Position numbers and translations under genes: made by a program. DNA of 57,755 bases from IMG/VR virus record IMGVR_UViG_3300023115_000024, positions 1-57,755 of that record, one strand, 5' to 3'. The notes under the pieces were generated by a model. The model made no database searches. It saw only the letters and a list, made by a program, of their open reading frames with translations, and was not told where the DNA came from. Positions within the stretch are counted from its first letter, which is position 1; every line of letters begins with the position of its first letter. Positions 56,810 through 57,755 of the stretch are shown here, in pieces. Origin of the DNA: a virus (taxonomy: Duplodnaviria > Caudoviricetes).

Positions 56810-57589
56810 TTGACAATTTCTAAATTACGTTTCGAGGAACGTTCTCTATTATTTGCACAACTAGCAAAGATAGCATATAATAACATCAAAAAAGCAAAAA
56901 CACAAGCAAAAAAATTAGGGTTTACAGAAGTAGAATTTTACAACAAAGATGGCGCACAGGCATATCGTTTTGCAAATGAAACAGATATGGTAATTGCGTG
57001 TCGCGGTACACAACCTACTGAGTTTAACGACATTAAAGCAGATCTAAAAGCAATGCCTGTAGTAGCAGAGACCATAAGCCGTGTGCATCAAGGATTTAAA
57101 GCAGAAGTAGACGAGTTATGGCCAATGGTAATGGCAGACTTAATGAGTAAGCAACCAAAACAAAAACTATGGTTCTGTGGACATTCACTAGGTGCAGCAA
57201 TGGCAACTATTATGGCAAGCCGTTGTTTGTACAATAAAAAAGTTCCTAATCCTCAAGAACTATATACCTACGGTTCACCAAGAGTAGGCTGGAAGAAATA
57301 CTGTGTGCATCTTGGCGTTGTACATCACCGTTGGGTTAACAACAATGACATAGTCACAACTGTACCCCTACGTATTATGGGGTATACACACCATGGCACA
57401 GAACACTATCTAAATGCTTATGGCAATGTACGCAAGATGACAGGTATGCAAAGATTCAAAGATCGCATGCGTGGACTATGGATGGGTCTAAAACAAGGTG
57501 GTGTAGATAGTTTCTCAGATCATTCTATTGACAACTATGTAAACTATCTGGAGTTTTACGCTAAAGGCAAAGAAAACTCACAACACTAA
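56810..57589 (+). CDS. class 3 lipase (alpha/beta hydrolase)
   Basis: RGT, GHSLG, YGSPRVG, NDIV..VP, DH; TATAAATA box and SD GGAGG before a TTG start. Confidence 0.9.
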   Translation: MTISKLRFEERSLLFAQLAKIAYNNIKKAKTQAKKLGFTEVEFYNKDGAQAYRFANETDMVIACRGTQPTEFNDIKADLKAMPVVAETISRVHQGFKAEVDELWPMVMADLMSKQPKQKLWFCGHSLGAAMATIMASRCLYNKKVPNPQELYTYGSPRVGWKKYCVHLGVVHHRWVNNNDIVTTVPLRIMGYTHHGTEHYLNAYGNVRKMTGMQRFKDRMRGLWMGLKQGGVDSFSDHSIDNYVNYLEFYAKGKENSQH

Positions 57590-57755
57590 GACTTACGAAT
57601 ACTACGATTGTATTCTAATGCTTCTTGCAATATTGACAGCTCAACGTTATCTCGTTGGGCTGTTCTTATGAGTGCTTCTACATCTTTAGGAAAGCAATGT
57701 CCTCCAAAGCCACGTTCTTCAGTTACAACACTATGACTGTCGCCTATGCGTGGAT
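57586..57755 (-). CDS. UDP-glucose/GDP-mannose dehydrogenase family, C-terminal fragment (runs off the window)
   Basis: Hand-translated PRIGDSH...GFGGHCFPKD. Confidence 0.8.
   Translation of the reverse strand, partial: PRIGDSHSVVTEERGFGGHCFPKDVEALIRTAQRDNVELSILQEALEYNRSIRKS

Noticed and set aside
1-57755. Stop-codon reassignment
   Set aside because: Known genes translate full length in the standard code, TAA, TAG and TGA all terminate genes, and no suppressor tRNA was seen.

Overview
This is a 57.8 kb segment of a large lytic tailed phage genome with T4-like features. It is AT-rich, and nearly all genes lie on the minus strand. The host is probably an aquatic alphaproteobacterium, judged from a circularly permuted two-piece tmRNA with an ANDNFA...ALAA tag, a hemO-pcyX pair, a Rhodobacter-type porin and a ROSE-like element. 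Recognisable genes cover repair and nucleotide metabolism (UvdE, DNA ligase, nrdAB, glutaredoxin, guaC, HAD nucleotidase), translation and proteostasis (6 tRNAs, tmRNA, IF-1, bS21, TilS-like, ClpP, ClpS, Hsp20), auxiliary metabolism (QueD, IscU, HemO, PcyX, 2OG-Fe oxygenases) and virion proteins (PAAR, tail-like and head-internal proteins). The standout observation is a complete ribosome-dependent transcription attenuator at 10407-10583. It has a sigma70 promoter, an SD, a 20-aa leader peptide MFKTATNYLYWCPPGGRGLS, and mutually exclusive 1:2, 2:3 and 3:4 hairpins. It sits directly upstream of a tRNA-Trp/Pro/Tyr/Cys array, and its control codons (Tyr, Trp, Cys, Pro) are exactly those read by the four tRNAs it gates. 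All protein calls come from motif recognition by eye; no database search was run.
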